DNA of 64,000 nucleotides, taken from NCBI RefSeq assembly GCF_001194135.2, contig NC_068994.1, positions 45,055,487 to 45,119,486 of the forward strand, in the 5' to 3' direction. Position numbers and translations under genes: made by a program. Under the pieces are notes generated by a model, which was not told the DNA's origin, ran no database searches, and saw only the letters and a list, made by a program, of their open reading frames with translations. Below are positions 34,574 through 44,050 of the stretch, in pieces (position 1 is the first letter of the stretch; each line of letters opens with the position of its first letter). The DNA is from Octopus bimaculoides (taxonomy: Eukaryota).

Positions 34574-37358
34574 CAAGCAAGCAAGCAGTGCCCTTGTTTT
34601 TGTCCTGGTCCAGGGTCACGATCTACCATGCACCTTCTGTTTGACCAGGGGAGATGGGAGGAGGGTGCAGTAACAGTGAAGAAGGAGTATATATCACTTA
34701 AGAGGAAGCAGACAAGTGGGACATCACCTCACCTCTACAACAACACCATATACTCTTCCTCACTCCTTTTCTTCCCAGTGCATGATGTCACTATGCAGTC
34801 CCTTCCTTCCTTCCTCCCACCCCACCAACTGACAGTGTACATACACGCACTGTCCTCTCCTATACTTCAACAGAAGAATCCCGCTCAGCAAATCAGAACT
34901 ACACACCTCCCTTCGCCTAATTCACCTAATCTACTTCCACCACAGTGGAGGCGCAATGGCCCAGTGGTTAGGGCAGTGGACTTGCGGTCATAGGATAGCG
35001 GTTTCGATTCCCAGACCGGGCGTTGTGAGTGTTTATTGAGCGAAAACACCTAAAGCTCCATGAGGCTCCGGCAGGGGATGGTGGCGAACCCTGTTGTACT
35101 CTTCCATCACAACTTTCTTTCACTCTTACTTCCTGTTTCTGTTGATGTGCCTGTAATTCAAAGGGTCAGCCTTGTCACACTGTGTCACGCTGAATATCCC
35201 CGAGAACTACGTTAAGAGTACACGTGTCTGTGGAGTGCTCAGCCACTTGCACGTTAATTTCNNNNNNNNNNGTACACGTGTCTGTGGAGTGCTCAGCCAC
35301 TTGCACGTTAATTTCATGAGCAGGCTGTTCTGTTGATCGGATCAACTGGAACCCTCGTCGTCGTAAGCGACGGAGTGCCAACAACAACAAACTTCCACCA
35401 CAATATATACCACACCACCCACCACTGGATGTTCCCATCCAGATAATACACACACACACACACACTGACCACATAGTTCTGTACCGTTCCCTGTCCTCAT
35501 ACATTCACCATCACCACTAGTACCATTATATAACCTAGTGTTTCTCAACAAGGATCCATATGGCCCTTAGAAGTCCATATAAGATTTTGCTGTCAAAAAT
35601 TTATCTGCAATAAATTGGTTATTCTTTCGCCACCGCAGTCGTTGTTTAACGTCTGCCTTCCATGCTGGCATTGGTGGGACAGTTTGACAAGAGCTGGCCA
35701 GGTAGAACCCTACACCTGACTTCTGTAACTGTTTTGGCAGGATTTTTACAGCCGGATGCCCTTTCTAACACCAACCACTCAGCAGAGTGGACTCAGTGCA
35801 TTTTTACGTGGCACAAGCACAGGCGAGGTCAGTTTTGGCAAGGTTTTTTACAGCTGGATGTCCTTCCAAATGCTAACCGCTTCACAGTGTGGACTGAGTG
35901 CTTTTAAGTAGCGCCTGCACTGACAGGGTCACCAAGTACTTGCTCTGCTACTGAAAGTGGACAAAACACCCACTCTCCTAATTTTCTTTTTTTTTTTGCC
36001 TTTTACTTGTTTCTGTCATTAGATTGTGGCCATGCTGGGGCATAGCCTTGAAGAATTTTTAATTGGACGTATTGACATCAGAATGTTTTTTTAAAAATTT
36101 TTACTTGTGGCAGTTATTAGAGAGAGAGAGATTGGCTGTATTTAATTGTGCAGAACAGACCATCCTTGAATAAATAAATGAATAAATATATATGGTGTTA
36201 GACTAAATCTGGTCGATGCTAACGTATGGATGTGAGTCTTGGATGATAAGGAGTCATGGAGAAGAGACTCAAAGCTGCAGAAACGGGGTGGGGTGAGGTG
36301 GAAGCCTCGGACCCCCCCCCCCCCCCCNNNNNNNNNNNNNNNNNNNNNNNNNNNNNNNNNNNNNNNNNNNNNNNNNNNNNNNNNNNNNNNNNNNNNNNNN
36401 NNNNNNNNNNNNNNNNNNNNNNNNNNNNNNNNNNNNNNNNNNNNNNNTGATTTTTTTTCACCAGCACGATTTTTACTAAGGAAAAGAAAAAAACTCGGAT
36501 TTTTTTGCGTAGAATCAAGTACCCTGACCTCCTAATATGCTGCAAATCCCTTATTTTGGTTCGGAAAGAGGGGGGGAGCCCTCCACCTTTTTTTCCGAAC
36601 CAAAATAAGGGATTTCCAGCATATTAGGTCGGGGTACTTGATTCCACGCGAAAAATCCAAGTTTTCTTTTTTTTTTCTTTTTACCTTAGTGAAAATCGTG
36701 CGGGTTTACTCAAAAAATTTACCCCACTTTCTTCCTCAAATCATTCACTGCTATCTTAAACTTGGGAGAATATTTGGCAGAGGTAAAGAATACGCGCACC
36801 ACCCGTTTTCGGCGTAACCCTTAACCCTAAGCCCCCAGTGTGCGTATACTTTACCTTCGCCGAATATTTTGGATTCTGTAGCCCTAGGTCCCCGGTACTG
36901 AAATTACTTGAAATTTTCTGCTTCAAAACATACATTATTCATTGATTAAGAAAATAGTCGCTTTTATCTAGTTTTCTTGGTGAAACTTAAATTCCGGCCA
37001 ATTTTCACATGTGCGAAAGATTAAATACTGGGACAGAACTAAGATCCATGTTCATGGAAAGAAAAACAAAACTTGCACATAATCAAGCTATTTTGTCGTC
37101 AAAATTTATCAAGGTTTATCTTCTTTCCATTTAAGGCATAAATCAGTAAATACGACTGGTTCTAGGCGAAACTTTTAGGTCACCATTCAAATTAAACACG
37201 TGCGACGTTATGCTAATTGAACGAGACACAATATTTCACAACTAAGATCAATGTTTATGATAAGAAAATTAAAGCTTACATTTAATTAAACGCCTAATTT
37301 TGTCGTCGACAGGTGTATCTTCTTTCCACGTAACACCCAGATCTGTAAACACTACCAT
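5924..37358 (-). CDS. RPP30: Ribonuclease P/MRP protein subunit p30, complete 11-exon gene, 972 nt CDS, 323 aa
   Basis: Exons (minus): 37358-37280, 29976-29897, 29755-29678, 27907-27833, 27193-27128, 12669-12580, 11780-11664, 10651-10622, 8732-8695, 7622-7543, 6162-5924. All introns are GT-AG and phases are consistent. Spliced peptide includes MVVFTDL..LGYRQVAINN..QLSRLTL..AYDILAVQP..LEVDIISLD..ERGVHFEIQYGPMIRD..KGKNIILSSG..LDLRGPYDV..GLMLGLSE..AALTTNC, colinear with human RPP30. Exon sizes 75/90/117/30/38/80 equal those recalled for the human gene. Confidence 0.95.
6289..6510. mobile_element. ~220-bp TTAA-flanked non-autonomous element, family 1 (piggyBac-like ends); other copies at 14529-14756 (inverted) and 53501-53723, partial copies near 12380, 28630 and 30960
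   Basis: Three copies start TTAA(t/c)c and end ctaaagggTTAA, with a shared interior. Confidence 0.6.
7089..7488 (+). mobile_element. tRNA-derived SINE family B with an internal (TA)n/(TG)n tract; other copies at 18152-18515 (+) and 60035-60620 (-, two adjacent), plus more than ten 5' fragments (e.g. 11865, 21690, 23075, 23900, 29480, 30090, 41310, 41990, 58720, 61470, 62800)
   Basis: Recurrent gtgtggtaagaagcttgcttcccaaccacatggtt..gggttcagtccca..ccttgggcaagtgtctt (CORE-like segment)..gaaactgaaagaagc. Confidence 0.85.
7543..7622 (-). CDS. RPP30: RPP30 exon 10 (GLMLGLSEVKVRAALTTNCQSVLSHA)
   Basis: 80 nt, donor GTGAGT. Matches human GLLFGLSESDAKAAVSTNC. Confidence 0.93.
7623..8694 (-). other. 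U12-type (minor spliceosome) GT-AG intron, RPP30 intron 9
   Basis: 5' splice site GTATCCTTT (8694-8686). Branch motif TTCCTTGAC lies 18 nt before the terminal AG. Confidence 0.88.
7956..8350 (-). mobile_element. Full-length tRNA-derived SINE, family A (~390 bp), inside the U12 intron
   Basis: Head gtggaggc(a/g)caatggcccagtggttagggcagcggactcgcggtc with A/B-box-like motifs and a (CAA)n tail. Near-identical copies occur elsewhere in the window. Confidence 0.9.
8695..8732 (-). CDS. RPP30: RPP30 exon 9 (TLDLRGPYDVRVL), followed by a U12-type donor
   Basis: 38 nt, donor GTATCCTTT. Matches human PLEIRGPYDVANL. Confidence 0.92.
9851..10173. repeat. Fold-back palindrome, ~155-bp arms, ~8-nt loop
   Basis: The arms are reverse complements with only a few substitutions and small indels. 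Confidence 0.92.
10622..10651 (-). CDS. RPP30: RPP30 exon 8, 30-nt micro-exon (NIILSSGCEN)
   Basis: Strong acceptor ttttcttctttcAG, donor GTGAGT. Matches human NVIISSAAE. Confidence 0.92.
11220..11635 (+). mobile_element. Retroposon family C (LINE 3'-end/SINE tail ending in (GAT)n); other copies at 11035-11215 (-), 16615-16712 (-), 28190-28345 (+), 28535-28640 (-), 31520-31705 (+), 35640-35935 (-), 55292-55590 (-), 56535-56793 (+)
   Basis: Shared ggtggcacgtaaaagcacc..ggttggcgttaggaagggcatccagctgtagaaa..catgctagcatggaaagcggacgttaaa(c/t)gatgatgat, with variable 5' truncation. Confidence 0.85.
11664..11780 (-). CDS. RPP30: RPP30 exon 7 (AYERGVHFEIQYGPMIRDQEARRNIITNVQTLIEVGKGK)
   Basis: 117 nt, donor GTAAGT. 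Matches human AIDRGLAFELVYSPAIKD..RR..KGK. Confidence 0.95.
12580..12669 (-). CDS. RPP30: RPP30 exon 6 (TACQTLEVDIISLDLSKLLPFNLKYPSLHA)
   Basis: 90 nt, acceptor tgctgtttcacAG, donor GTAAGT. Matches human IACTHLDVDLVC..KLPF. Confidence 0.93.
13575..14365 (+). mobile_element. Decayed Tc1/mariner transposase, maT (DD37D, Bmmar1-like) type
   Basis: HTH region (RKSMRSIAKDLHMSEGMVRNVIHE), then NRRNDRW, HTKFPATVMVLGVVSNEGHVMPPYFF and YIEVLEIIVKPWI. Frameshifts, stop codons and a deletion affect the catalytic residues. Confidence 0.8.
15746..15824 (+). CDS. Nested gene, candidate exon 1 (MLVRCHSSGLAGSQDGEGDTKRKFKP)
   Basis: CpG-rich segment with two possible donors (after 15797 and 15824), both phase 1 in this frame. 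The 5' boundary is unresolved. Confidence 0.45.
15746..25634 (+). CDS. Unidentified 4-exon gene (~310 aa) nested antisense in RPP30 intron 5
   Basis: Exons 15746-15824 (donor GTGAGT, phase 1), 20482-20692 (ttccacAG...GTATGA, phase 1->2), 24196-24487 (tttttcccttcaAG...GTAAGA, phase 2->0) and 25284-25634 (attatttcAG...stop). Total 933 nt, stop-free after splicing. AATAAA at 25745. The start codon is uncertain because the frame is open from 15566. Confidence 0.65.
17598..17754. repeat. Fold-back palindrome, 68-bp arms, 21-nt GC-rich loop
   Basis: 17598-17665 pairs with 17687-17754, with one mismatch. Confidence 0.95.
17830..18030 (-). mobile_element. RTE-like LINE fragment
   Basis: RVKRRLYDACVQTVMLYSSETWAV..RLERNEASMLCWMCN. 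Confidence 0.75.
18904..19249 (+). mobile_element. SINE family A copy, running into an N-gap
   Basis: Colinear with 7956-8350 in the opposite orientation. Confidence 0.9.
20482..20692 (+). CDS. Nested gene, exon 2 (ILEEIDSFCYQGNLISSEGG...LQVTRGYLSSERRIVIKMKMPQPSLAS)
   Basis: 211-nt stop-free frame in otherwise AT-rich intron. Phases fit both neighbouring exons. Confidence 0.6.
23329..23896. repeat. ~570-bp fold-back element; the left arm is interrupted by an N-gap
   Basis: Outer arms (gtgtacatttaaacacaagagaaaactgcc...) and inner arms (23500-23630 vs 23650-23800) are reverse complements. Confidence 0.9.
24196..24487 (+). CDS. Nested gene, exon 3 (DICIVNANREKGRVCWWADID...LRYIQYTHLSLLQKVYDY...VIVK)
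   Basis: Strong acceptor and GTAAGA donor, protein-like composition. Lies within ORF 23993..24556. Confidence 0.72.
25162..25259. mobile_element. 98-bp mariner-type MITE (MADE1-like architecture)
   Basis: 26-bp TIRs tattgtattggtgcataattaatgac / gtcattaattatgcaccaacccaata around an AT-rich spacer. Confidence 0.8.
25284..25634 (+). CDS. Nested gene, terminal exon (ILMVKDAIDLWLRCQRDEM...GSMT*)
   Basis: Acceptor at 25282-25283, phase 0, in frame with ORF 25269..25634. Downstream AATAAA. Confidence 0.7.
   Translation: MLMVKDAIDLWLRCQRDEMLDENETDEERDTKEAEDVKGSTDIDSLVAEGKKGSSMTISNSSSSSNKYAVCLNTLIVDRDGMLGAGRNCSKSQLLDAVQEGDSTRAMTERTMGSMT
26322..26516. mobile_element. ~195-bp mariner-derived MITE
   Basis: Perfect 24-bp TIRs gggtgctgaaaagttcttggcttt / aaagccaagaacttttcagcaccc. 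The interior shares ttcaacata(t/g)tcccc with the mariner end near 44120. Confidence 0.8.
27128..27193 (-). CDS. RPP30: RPP30 exon 5 (HSADIQAYDILAVQPSDKDLFH)
   Basis: Strong acceptor tgttcttacAG, weaker donor GTGTGC. Matches human LYDVVAVFPKTEKLFH. Confidence 0.9.
27833..27907 (-). CDS. RPP30: RPP30 exon 4 (DTGSKLKQLSRLTLIFSKAEQVHNL)
   Basis: 75 nt, donor GTGAGT. Matches human KILTRLT motif. Confidence 0.9.
29678..29755 (-). CDS. RPP30: RPP30 exon 3 (KKQLKDPHDILLPEHNLRLHSSVQLT)
   Basis: Acceptor ttttatattttcAG, donor GTAAGT, phase 0-0. Divergent in sequence, assigned by position and phase. Confidence 0.75.
29897..29976 (-). CDS. RPP30: RPP30 exon 2 (LGYRQVAINNIVLPPPTGKTKGKGENQ)
   Basis: Acceptor ctcttcaattgcAG, donor GTAGGT. 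Matches human LGYSVVAINH. Confidence 0.88.
32030..32350. repeat. Compound (GGA)/(GGT)/(GAT) trinucleotide tract
   Basis: Direct inspection. One of many microsatellites; (TA)n, (CA)n, (CAT)n, (CTA)n and (GA)n occur throughout. Confidence 0.9.
33379..33597 (+). mobile_element. SINE family A, 5' half
   Basis: Same head and body, ending at aattcaaaggg. Confidence 0.85.
33680..33800 (+). repeat. Abundant short interspersed repeat (ggtgtgatttgagggagatttggctgctatttctagca core), more than 15 diverged copies across the window
   Basis: Core recurs at ~6850, 9100, 16240, 16490, 16945, 17365, 19810, 27485, 32870, 34095, 48530, 50700, 54430 and 63610, in both orientations. Confidence 0.7.
34945..35390 (+). 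mobile_element. SINE family A, full length; the apparent internal duplication straddles an N-gap
   Basis: Head through (CAA)n tail. gtacacgtgtctgtggagtgctc... appears on both sides of the gap, probably an assembly artefact. Confidence 0.9.
36205..36300 (+). mobile_element. Short RTE-like LINE fragment
   Basis: WSMLTYGCESW..EKRLKAAE. Confidence 0.55.
36464..36701. repeat. Fold-back palindrome, ~105-bp arms
   Basis: gcacgatttttactaagg...ttcggaaa pairs with tttccgaa...ccttagtgaaaatcgtgc. Confidence 0.88.
37280..37358 (-). CDS. RPP30: RPP30 exon 1 (MVVFTDLGVTWKEDTPVDDKIRRLIK)
   Basis: ATG at 37358, donor GTAAGC, phase 1. Confidence 0.85.
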
Positions 37359-38025
37359 CTTGAGATGTTTCCTTTATTTGAAAACAGACGAACCCGGTTC
37401 AGAGACAACGCGAGAAGCAAAGAGACGAAACTGACATGAAATCAAAACAAAACAAAAGAGAGGCGATAAATGAAGGGACATAACTCAATAGCCGCTAAAC
37501 GATTTCATCTTTCGACTTCAACAGATCATAACGAATATCTTAAGTCTCTCCCAATGTTACTTCATAGTCTAACAAAAACACGCGCACAAAATATTTTTAT
37601 TCAACGAAGCATGCAGTTAAAGGAATTTTGGGAGAAAGAAAATTTCGAAAATGTCGTTATTAAGACAAAAAAAAAATATATAGGTTACTCAAAAGAAGCG
37701 TCAAAGACATTTACGTCCCCACCCTCACGAACCAGTAAAATCGATTCGGGTGACGTTCAGTTTGGAATATCTGCAGGTCGATGACTGCTAAAAACATGGG
37801 TGGGAGAGAATTTCTGAAGTTGCAGCTCTGGGAAGAAATAATGTTAAAAGTACTTTATTGCGGTCTCTGGGGTGTAAGACGCAATAAAAGTAGCGAGGGG
37901 GGGGAGGGAATTTAGTTGCATTTGGTGGGTCTAGTAGCAAGAGGTAAAACAGCTGGCAGGTTCGGTGTGGTGATGCTTTTATAATGACGTTAGACGTAAC
38001 AATGTATTTGTAGGCTAGTAATACA
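37359..38025. promoter_or_regulatory. CpG-rich RPP30 promoter region, possibly bidirectional
   Basis: Directly upstream of the RPP30 ATG. CpG is visibly more frequent than in the gene body. A short + strand ATG exon candidate follows at 38026-38043. Confidence 0.45.
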
Positions 38026-38559
38026 ATGCCTCGAAGAGAACGTGTAAGCAGTTTGCATATTCAGATGTGCAGAGGCCGTTCTAGGAATGTAAAAAGATTA
38101 ATAAAAAAAAAATCTCGTGAACTCGTGGTTGGCGATCAGCCGGCTTACAAAACAATTACCTGAAGATATTTAATCAAATCATGACAAACACATTTTTCAA
38201 ACGTTAAAAAAAAACCCACATTTTCTCAGTTATTAGAGGGTATTCAAGATTCCTTGTGTTTGGTCCTCAAAACCCAAGAGCTTCCAATATATTTAAATGT
38301 TTATAAAAATTTATCCAATTTAAAAAATAAAATTTTACCACGGGGAAGAGATGACTTGACTAATCATATCAACTTCAATTTTTATCAGGTGATATCTTTC
38401 GGATAAACTTAGTCAAGAAAGATATTTTTGAAGCCCNNNNNNNNNNCCCCCAATGTGAACATGGGATTGAACAAATTGTTTAGGGTGAGACATAACAAGA
38501 GAAGAATAGGATGTATTAAATGTGTTTGTAAAGAGTCCATGTCTCACTTGAGTAAAGGA

Positions 38560-39430
38560 GTTATGTCAGTACACATGCATGGTACACAACAATTTTTGTT
38601 TGCCTTGTGAGGCCATGCTGGGACCAGACATGAGACTGAAGAGACTGGAAGGAATCAGTTGCTGTCTGCAGCCTGAAAGATACTTCATCATCCAAGGAGC
38701 AAGAACGGCTGAGTGTGCTGCCCAGGTAGACAAACTTTTCTACCATTTTCAGTATTCTTCCTTCAACCAAGATAGCTGGTTCCACATATGGATTTCCTGG
38801 TGCAGGCTGGAACATTACAACAATCTTGTCCAGGCTAATGCTGAGTCCAAATGCCTTGCAAGAAGCAGAAATACGATTCATTAGTAGTTGCATGCCGTCC
38901 ACTGTATGAGTGACTAAGTCACAGTCATCTGTATAAAGGTCACAAATAAGATACTGGAAAACTTTTGAATTGGCAGCAAATCAGTGCAGATTAAAGAGAC
39001 AGCCAGAAGATCGATATCTGACATATATTCCCAGAGAGCTAACCTTATCAAAAGCATGAGTAAAAGCAGCAGCAGAGTACAAAGAAAAGAGAGCTGGAGC
39101 AAGAATGTTACCCTGCTTGACACCATTCTCTACAGGAATGGGTCCCGCCATGTCACCACCAACATTGACTCAAGCCTCCATCTCATCATGAAATGATTTA
39201 ATTATAGATACAAAGTGATCTGGACATCCAAGTTTACCAAGTATTTTCCATAGAAAGGCCCTATTTACAGTATCAAAGGCCTTGTTAAATCAATGACTAC
39301 CTGGACAAGATCCATATTCTGCTCATAGCACTTCTCTTGCACCTGTCTTGCTGTGAAAAATCATATCCATTGTCCCTCTACCAGATCAGAAGCCACATTG
39401 AAATTCAGATAGGACATCATTTATGAGTTA
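38560..39430 (-). mobile_element. Decayed RTE/BovB-like reverse transcriptase fragment
   Basis: GVKQGNILAPALFSLY, LYTDDCDLV (YADD-like), FGLSISLDKIVVM, VEKFVYLGSTLSR, TKIVVYHACVL, with stops and frameshifts. Confidence 0.88.
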
Positions 39431-40398
39431 CCCATTCAGTGGGGTAAGAAGAATATTTGCTAGAACCTGCTGATGTTGTTGAAATTCTAATGAAGGAACC
39501 TTGGATCTAGGTTAGAATCTGGTTCTTTCTTTATTGGCAAGAAATCTTGAAATAAAACTAAATAATCACACACACACAAACCGCTGCAGTAACAGACCTT
39601 GGTCAGGTTTATTGATCCCTAAAATAAATACAATCCATGAATCAGCAATATTTGGAATTAATTTTTTGAAGATGCTGAAAAACTTCAGGTGGTCTGGAAA
39701 TGTTGATTCATCCAGAATTGCTGAAGATGATTCGAAATGATTTTCATAAAAAATTGCATAAAAGTTAAATGTAAAAAGAATAACAAACATAAAACAGAAC
39801 TTAAGATAAAATTTTATGTTTACATTGTTTGCATTTTCAAGGAAAAATTATGTTCTTTAAAAATGATGTACTAATTTACATAATTACTCTAAATTAATTA
39901 TTTTTTTGAATCAGTAAATTTTCCCAGTGTCTGTTACAGTGCTTGTGGGTATGCAATATTCCTGGTTTTTCAAAGAATATGGAATATAGGATAAATATTA
40001 GCAAAAGTAATGTAGCCTGTAACATTTACTTATGAAAAGATGTGCCCTTATGAAGAAGTTCAGCTACTTAGGTGAAAACCTGTGGCCTATTACTTGGAAT
40101 ATGCATATGTACACACATACATTGTTTTATACATTGAAAAGGTATAATTACTTATATATAAGTAGATTATATATATATATATATGTATATATATGTATAT
40201 ATATATATATATATATATAATCAAAATAAGCAACAGGATATCAAGTAATGATGCAGTACAACCATTTCAAATGGCTCTATTTAATTGAACAATGCAACAG
40301 GATATCAAGTAATGATGCAGTATGACGATTTCAAGCGGCTCCATTATAAACATATATATATATATATATGTAATAATTACTTTGAAGCATTGTGTAGA

Positions 40399-40770
40399 AT
40401 ATATTGTATAAAGGATTGTGGGTAAGGTCAGAACAATGCAAAGTAAATGCAAGGCAAATCACAAGAAAACAAAAATATGAATTAATGTAGACTTACCTTG
40501 TATTCAATATTTCGAGGTTATGACCCCATTTTCAAAAAAATTAATGAATATTGCCAATGTGTATGTGTGTGAGCGTGTGTGGTGTGGACATGCACGGAAA
40601 AGTGTTGCTATAGCACATGTCCACTCCATACATGCTCATCGACAACATTCGTTAATTTCTTGAAAATGGGGTCATAATCCCGAAATATTGAATACATATA
40701 TTTTTCTTGTGAATTGCCTTGCATTTACATTGCATTGTTCTGGCCTTACCTATGATCCTTTATACTATAT
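40399..40770. repeat. Diverged fold-back palindrome, ~160-190-bp arms
   Basis: tataaaggat..gtaagg.cagaacaatgca..atgaccccattttca..gtggacatg pairs with its reverse complement. The left arm has one short insertion. Confidence 0.8.
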
Positions 40771-41072
40771 ATATGTGTGTGTGTATATATATATATTATC
40801 TTTATCTTATGATATTTACTTTGTATTATATTATACTTATTTATTGTGGTTTTACTCATTAATTTTTCTATATGTGACTGTGGATTTTCATTGATGAGTT
40901 CATGAACCTTGGTTCTTTTCCCTAAAACTATATATTTATATATATTTTATACTGTGAAACTTAATTTAATTTTAATTTTTAATAAATTGATTTTAATTGA
41001 GTTTTTACCTGTAATTTTGAATCTTCTCCCTAATATTATTATTATTATTATATATTATATATATATATATAT

Positions 41073-41103
<31 letters not shown>

Positions 41104-42137
41104 CATATGTATATACACACACACATATATGCATACATAGTTCCATATATACATATTCGCAAACATACATATCAAATATGTTAGTAGTTTAACTACTTTA
41201 AATTTATCATAAGTTTCCTGATACATGCTGTATTAGGCATAACTCTTCATTAATACACACACACACACACACATACACATTTCAAGAAATGTTTATGTAC
41301 AAAAACAAATGTGTCTACCCAATTCACTCACAAGGCACTGGTCAGCCCCAGGCTATAGTAGAAGACACTTGCCAATGGTGCTGCACAATTGAACTGAACC
41401 TCAAACCACAGGGCTGCAAAGCAAGCTTCTTAACCACACAGCCATCCCTGCAACCTGTTCTATCAATGGCAGCTAAGTTCTAATTTGTCAGAAATTTAAA
41501 TAGCAATTGGCAATCTAATTAATTCTTCTCTGAATGTAGGAAGAACAAGATGTTTTTACATCAGTTTAAAACTCCACAATGACAGGATTAAATTATAGTT
41601 TAACTACTTAATTAGGTTTCCGAATACATGCTGTTTTGTGCATAAATTAAATGTTTATTAATGATTTAATCATGTCACTGACAAATGCACATTATACCAA
41701 TTCATCGAATTATTACAGTTGTAATATCATCATCATCATCATCATCATAATGATCGTCACCACCACCACTGTCATCATCACCCAATTTAACATCTGCTTT
41801 TCCATGTTTGCATTGAAAAACAGATCATATTTGTTAAAGCTGACTTTCTATGTTCAGATCCCCTTCCTGTTGCCAACCCTCGTGTTTTTCCAAGTAAGAT
41901 AATATTTCCTCCTGTCAAGACATAAGTGTGTGCACATGCACACATGCATACACACACACACACACAAACACATTTATATATACAAATACAATGGCCTTCT
42001 TTTTACTTTTTATCTATCAAATCCACTCACAAGGCTTTGGTTGGCCAGGGGAAGACATTTGCCAAAGGTGCCACACAGTAGGAGTGGAAATGAAACAACA
42101 TGGTTGGGAAGCAGCTTCTTAATCACATAGCCATGCT

Positions 42138-42172
<35 letters not shown>

Positions 42173-42307
42173 NNNNNNNNNNNNNNNNNNNNNNNNNNNN
42201 NNNNNNNNNNNNNNNNNNNNNNNNNNNNNNNNNNNNNNNNNNNNNNNNNNNNNNNNNNNNNNNNNNNNNNNNNNNNNNNNNNNNNNNNNNNNNNNNNNNN
42301 TTTATAT

Positions 42308-42692
42308 GTGGAGGCGCAATGGCCCAGTGGTTAGGGCAGCGGACTTGCGGTCATAGGATCGCGGTTTCGATTCCCAGACCGGGTGTTGTGAGTGTTTATT
42401 GAGCGAAAACACCTAAAGCTCCACGAGGCTCCGGCAGGGGATGGTGGCGAACCCTGCTGTACTCTTTCACCACAACTTTCTCTCACTCTTACTTCCTGTT
42501 TCTGTTGTGCCTGAAATTCAAAGGGTCAGCCTTGTCACACTGTGTCACGCTGAATATCCCCGAGAACTACGTTAAGGGCACACGTGTCTGTGGATTGCTC
42601 AGCCATTTGCACGTTAATTTCACAAAGCAGGCTGTTCCGTTGATCAGATCAACTGGAACTCTCGACATCGTAAGCGATGGAGTACCAACAAA
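42308..42692 (+). mobile_element. SINE family A, full length
   Basis: Colinear with the other copies. Confidence 0.9.
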
Positions 42693-43244
42693 AATCATCT
42701 TTATTTACAGAGTGGCCTGGGTACTATGTAGGTGGCACCAGCACTGGCAAGGTTTGCTTTGGCACAGTTTTTACAGCTGGATGCCCTTCGAAACACCAAT
42801 CACTTTACATGTTTACATACATACATAAACACATACATATTTGCAGAATACCTAGCATTGTCCAGGCTGAAAAGTAACTATAAATGTCCCAGAATTGTTC
42901 TTAATGATGGCATATTCAGTTTAATAAAACATTATTGCATTTCTTTTGAAAGATTATTTTTCATGTAACAAATGAAATTGTTTTTCTATACTTTTGTGGC
43001 AGTCCAGTGTTTAATGCATTGTGATACTGGTAGATGTTCAGAATTGATGTTTTATTTCTTAATTCAATTCCAAAATGGATATATTTCTAACCCAAGTATA
43101 TCATATATAAATACTGGATAAAGTAAATGCAAATGCTATTTTATTTCATTTGAAACGGTCATGTAAATCACCCATGAAAATAAAGTCATTTTTTTAACAT
43201 GTCAAAACTGGTATGCTCAGAGGAAACTCACATGTCCTAATATT

Positions 43245-43415
43245 AGTTTCAAATTTTGGCACAAGGCCAGCAATTTCAGGGAGAATGCAAGTCAATTACG
43301 TTCCTCCTAGTGCTTAGCTGGTACTTATTTTATCGGCCCCCAAAAGTGTGAAAAGCAGAGTCGACTCTTGAGGAATTAGAACTCAGAACATGAAGACAGT
43401 TGAAATGCCGCTAAG
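43245..43415 (-). mobile_element. Diverged SINE family D (Nin-domain-like core); related pieces at ~12130-12250, 22590-22745, 24760-24935, 30810-30940 and 62105-62200
   Basis: Recurrent ttctgagttc.aattcc...gtcgact.tgc.tttca..c.tt.gggg.cgataaaataagtaccag core. The family name is assigned from recall. Confidence 0.55.
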
Positions 43416-43967
43416 AAGATTTTCATGACTATTCATATTTTAGAAGAGAGAGCAGGAGTGATTGAGTGGAACTGAAAAGAAATGAAAATAGTGAAGTATC
43501 AGGATGGACTTTTAAGGTGTGAGGTAAGTGGGAAATGTAGGAAATAGAGGGACAGAGAAGCCAGGAGTGAGTGGAAGAGTAGGGGATGTCTGATAGTGTA
43601 GAGCAGCAGAATAGTAATGATGATTCACTAGACAGGAGAAAGATGAAAGAGAGATGACATGTTGTTGGGTAAATTGCATGAACGGCTGGGGAAGAGAGAG
43701 GCAAGTAAAGTGTATGAGGAGGGGGTGACATATGGTAGTGGTTGAGGTGAGATAATTTGGTGGCATAGTGGGGCATAGTGATCAAGGAAAGTGTGGGTGA
43801 AGGGAACAGTATTAATGGATGAAGGATGGGCTTGTGAGTGAAATCCTTCTGGGTTGTAAGAAAAATGATTCCTAGGAAGAACTGCAGCTAGGAAAGTGAT
43901 AGGTAGTGGTGGTGGTGATGGGTGTTGTGACGATGAAGGAGAGGCCCAGTTATGCATATACATACAC

Positions 43968-44009
<42 letters not shown>

Positions 44010-44050
44010 TATATATTTACATAGACACATTATATATACAGGCATATATA

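Noticed and set aside
35222-35320. Internal duplication in a SINE-A copy
   Set aside because: The duplicated segment flanks an N-gap and is most likely an unmerged contig overlap.
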